Of a stretch of 64,000 bases of DNA, positions 61,870 to 64,000 are shown piece by piece. Source of the DNA: Candidatus Gottesmanbacteria bacterium (GTDB lineage Bacteria; Patescibacteriota; Microgenomatia; UBA10105; UBA927); assembly GCA_963790805.1 (NCBI GenBank), contig CAWBPL010000002.1:128696-192695 (forward strand). The letters run 5' to 3'. Position 1 is the first letter of the stretch. Each line of letters begins with the position of its first letter. The notes beneath the pieces were generated by a model, which saw only the letters and a list, made by a program, of their open reading frames with translations, was not told the origin of the DNA and made no database searches. The translations under genes and the position numbers were made by a program.

Positions 61870-61895
61870 ATAGGGCGCACGAACGCGCGCCCTAT
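61870..61895 (-). promoter_or_regulatory. GC-rich hairpin between dnaK and dnaJ
   Basis: ATAGGGCGC (61870..61878) pairs with GCGCCCTAT (61887..61895) in a 9-bp perfect stem. Confidence 0.45.
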
Positions 61896-61916
61896 GTATG
61901 TATTCAATTATCGTTA

Positions 61917-63848
61917 TTAACTGACAACTTCTCCCTCTTCCACCTTTTTGTCATCTTTTCCGCCAGAGGCGGATCCGCCTTGGGCGGATTTATCATCCTT
62001 TGACTCTTCTCCACCGGAAGCTGCACCTGCTGAAGGATCCACCGGCTGGCCTTGACTTTGCTGATATGCAGCGGCTCCGACTTTTTGTACGGCATCAGAC
62101 AGGTCGCTGGTTTTACTCTCGATGTCCTCTTTTGTCCCTGTTTCAAGAATATCTTTGAGGGCTTTTGTTTTTTCTTCAACCGCGCTTTTATCCTCCGGTT
62201 TCACCTTATCGCCCATGTCCTTCAGCGTCTTTTCGCCAACATATATCATGTTCTCCGCCTTGTTTTTCGCCTCTATTTTATCTTTCTTGGCGGTATCCTC
62301 TGCAGCATTGGCTTCCGCTTCTTTCTTCATTTTCTCAATCTCGTCCTTTGAAAGACCGGTCGAACTGGTGATTTTAATATTTGCCGCTTTGCCCGTCGCT
62401 TTGTCTTTGGCGGAAACATTCAAAATTCCCGACGCGTCAATATCAAACATCACTTCAATCTGCGGCACGCCGCGCGGCGCCGGCGGAATTCCTGACAAAA
62501 CAAACCGTCCGAGCGATTTATTATCCGCAGCCATCGGCCGCTCTCCCTGAAGAATGTTGATTTCGACCGATGTCTGACTATCCGCAGCCGTCGAGTAAAT
62601 TTCTGTTTTACTCGTCGGGACTGTTGTATTTCGCGTGATCATGGGCGTTGATACGCCACCCAGCGTCTCAACGCTTAAGGTTAACGGCGTAACGTCCAAT
62701 AAAACCACGTCTTTCACTTCTCCCGAAAGCACGCCTGCCTGAACGGCGGCTCCAACGGCTACGACTTCATCAGGATTGACCGACTGGTTCGGATCTTTAC
62801 CGAAAAATTCCTTGACTGTCGAAACGACCTTCGGCATGCGGGTCATTCCACCAACCATGACAACTTCATCAATGTCTTTAACAGTAACCTTGGCGTCAGC
62901 GAGACACTTTTTCACCGGTTCAGTCGTTTTGGTAATCAAATCTCCGACCAACGATTCAAGTTTTGCACGCGTCAGTTTGGTCACTAAGTGTAATGGTCCT
63001 TCTTTGCCCTGTGTGATAAAGGGAAGGTTAATGTCCGCTTCCATTGAGCTACTTAACTCAATCTTCGCTTTTTCGGCCGCATCACGAATTCGTTGCAGGG
63101 CCTGCGGATCGCGTCTAAGATCAACGCCGTGTTCTTTTTTGAATTCATCGGCAAGATAATCCAAAATCCGCTTATCAAAATCGTCACCGCCCAAATGCGT
63201 ATCCCCGTTCGTTGCTTTAACTTCATATACACCGTCTCCAAGCTCCAAAACGGAAATATCAAACGTACCTCCGCCCAAATCATATACGGCAATCGTATGG
63301 GCATTTTTCTTATCCAGCCCGTATGCAAGCGCCGAGGCTGTCGGCTCGTTGATAATACGAAGCACTTCAAGTCCGGCTATTTCACCGGCCTGTTTCGTTG
63401 CCTGTCTCTGGCTGTCATCAAAATACGCAGGAACGGTTATAACCGCCTGCTTTACCGGTTCACCCAGATAATGCTCCGCATCAGATTTAATTTTTGCAAG
63501 CACTTTGGCGGAAATCTCCTGCGGGGTAAACTGACGGCCCTCAACTTCCACTACCGCCATGTCATTTTTACCGGATTTTATCGTGTAGGGTAAAAGCTTC
63601 ATATCCAGCTGAACCGACGGATCGCTGAATTTTCTTCCCATCAGACGCTTGACCGAATAAATAGTCGATTTGGGGTTAATAACGATTTGCCGCTTCGCAA
63701 CGTCGCCGACAATATTTTTAATGGGATCCACAACAGACGGAAAGACGTTTCTGCCTTCAAGCGAATAAATCACTTTCGGTGCTCCGCCCTCCATGACGGC
63801 AACACATGAATTTGTCGTTCCAAGATCAATTCCTATAATTTTTGCCAT
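61917..63848 (-). CDS. dnaK: Chaperone DnaK (Hsp70)
   Basis: Contains [14 protein letters not shown] and DLGGGTFD. The C-terminal tail is Gly/Ser/Asp-rich. An AAGGAGG SD is present. Confidence 0.98.
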   Translation of the reverse strand: MAKIIGIDLGTTNSCVAVMEGGAPKVIYSLEGRNVFPSVVDPIKNIVGDVAKRQIVINPKSTIYSVKRLMGRKFSDPSVQLDMKLLPYTIKSGKNDMAVVEVEGRQFTPQEISAKVLAKIKSDAEHYLGEPVKQAVITVPAYFDDSQRQATKQAGEIAGLEVLRIINEPTASALAYGLDKKNAHTIAVYDLGGGTFDISVLELGDGVYEVKATNGDTHLGGDDFDKRILDYLADEFKKEHGVDLRRDPQALQRIRDAAEKAKIELSSSMEADINLPFITQGKEGPLHLVTKLTRAKLESLVGDLITKTTEPVKKCLADAKVTVKDIDEVVMVGGMTRMPKVVSTVKEFFGKDPNQSVNPDEVVAVGAAVQAGVLSGEVKDVVLLDVTPLTLSVETLGGVSTPMITRNTTVPTSKTEIYSTAADSQTSVEINILQGERPMAADNKSLGRFVLSGIPPAPRGVPQIEVMFDIDASGILNVSAKDKATGKAANIKITSSTGLSKDEIEKMKKEAEANAAEDTAKKDKIEAKNKAENMIYVGEKTLKDMGDKVKPEDKSAVEEKTKALKDILETGTKEDIESKTSDLSDAVQKVGAAAYQQSQGQPVDPSAGAASGGEESKDDKSAQGGSASGGKDDKKVEEGEVVS

Positions 63849-63858
63849 ATATACCTCC

Positions 63859-64000
63859 TTATAAACTTTGTTTTTTACTTACTTTTACTAATGCTGGCCT
63901 CAATATTTTTTCTCCTACCGCGTATCCGGGTCGTACTTCTTCCATCACTTCATCATCTTTTTCTCCTCCCACGACCTCAAGACACTCCATAACGTTGGGA
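63859..64000 (-). CDS. grpE: GrpE nucleotide-exchange factor, C-terminal 47 codons (5' part outside the window)
   Basis: My reverse-strand translation reads [46 protein letters not shown]. The GY..G.K.LRPA.V.V ending is typical of GrpE. Its last codons overlap the dnaK SD. Confidence 0.8.
   Translation of the reverse strand, partial: PNVMECLEVVGGEKDDEVMEEVRPGYAVGEKILRPALVKVSKKQSL

Noticed and set aside
1-64000. I looked for CRISPR arrays, tRNA or rRNA genes, transposases, integrases, reverse transcriptases and prophage blocks.
   Set aside because: I noticed no regularly spaced direct repeats and no T-arm (GGTTCGAATCC-like) signatures in any intergenic region. No ORF has DDE, tyrosine-recombinase, serine-recombinase or RT motifs. 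This was a scan by eye, so short or degenerate elements could have been missed.
1-64000. Possible alternative genetic code (UGA recoded, as in some CPR lineages).
   Set aside because: Conserved genes are full length under the standard code, and TGA ends genes at the expected positions (for example the sortase, DUF45 and Pat).

Overview
This is a gene-dense chromosomal segment, mostly minus-strand, with a standard genetic code (TGA, TAA and TAG all act as stops). It probably comes from a small-genome, CPR/Patescibacteria-like bacterium. That is my inference from the compact operons, the minimal IF-2, the AlaRS without a C-Ala domain, a zinc-finger-less DnaJ, low-complexity tails on core proteins and the sortase. 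I cannot prove it without database searches.

The core content is:
- rpoB-rpoC-rpsL-rpsG, fused into one tightly coupled block.
- nusA-infB-nrnA-rpsO-pnp, followed by a Lon-derived AAA+ gene and RNase J.
- grpE(partial)-dnaK-dnaJ.
- ftsK, rodZ-like, typA, alaS, obg and mltG.
- metK behind a clear SAM-I riboswitch.

I recognised no rRNA, tRNA, CRISPR array, transposase, integrase or reverse transcriptase.

The accessory or unusual content is:
- An AT-rich orphan Fic gene with a non-canonical motif.
- A flavodoxin / FtsK-HerA-TraD-type ATPase / hexad-repeat protein cassette sitting where fusA-tuf would normally follow rpsG.
- A CelD-like GNAT + HDAC + Pat-like acetyltransferase block.
- An island between metK and obg holding DUF2130, DUF45, a membrane protein, a GNAT and a visibly AT-rich Ser/Thr kinase-TPR gene.
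- An envelope operon with a sortase and an 806-aa actin-like/TM/baseplate-J-like fusion protein.
- Two strongly structured intergenic elements (28921..29077 and 41081..41255) that may be ncRNAs.

Several genes have a -10 hexamer 6-7 nt upstream of the ATG, which suggests leaderless mRNAs. All functional calls come from motif recognition by eye in the supplied translations. No searches were run.
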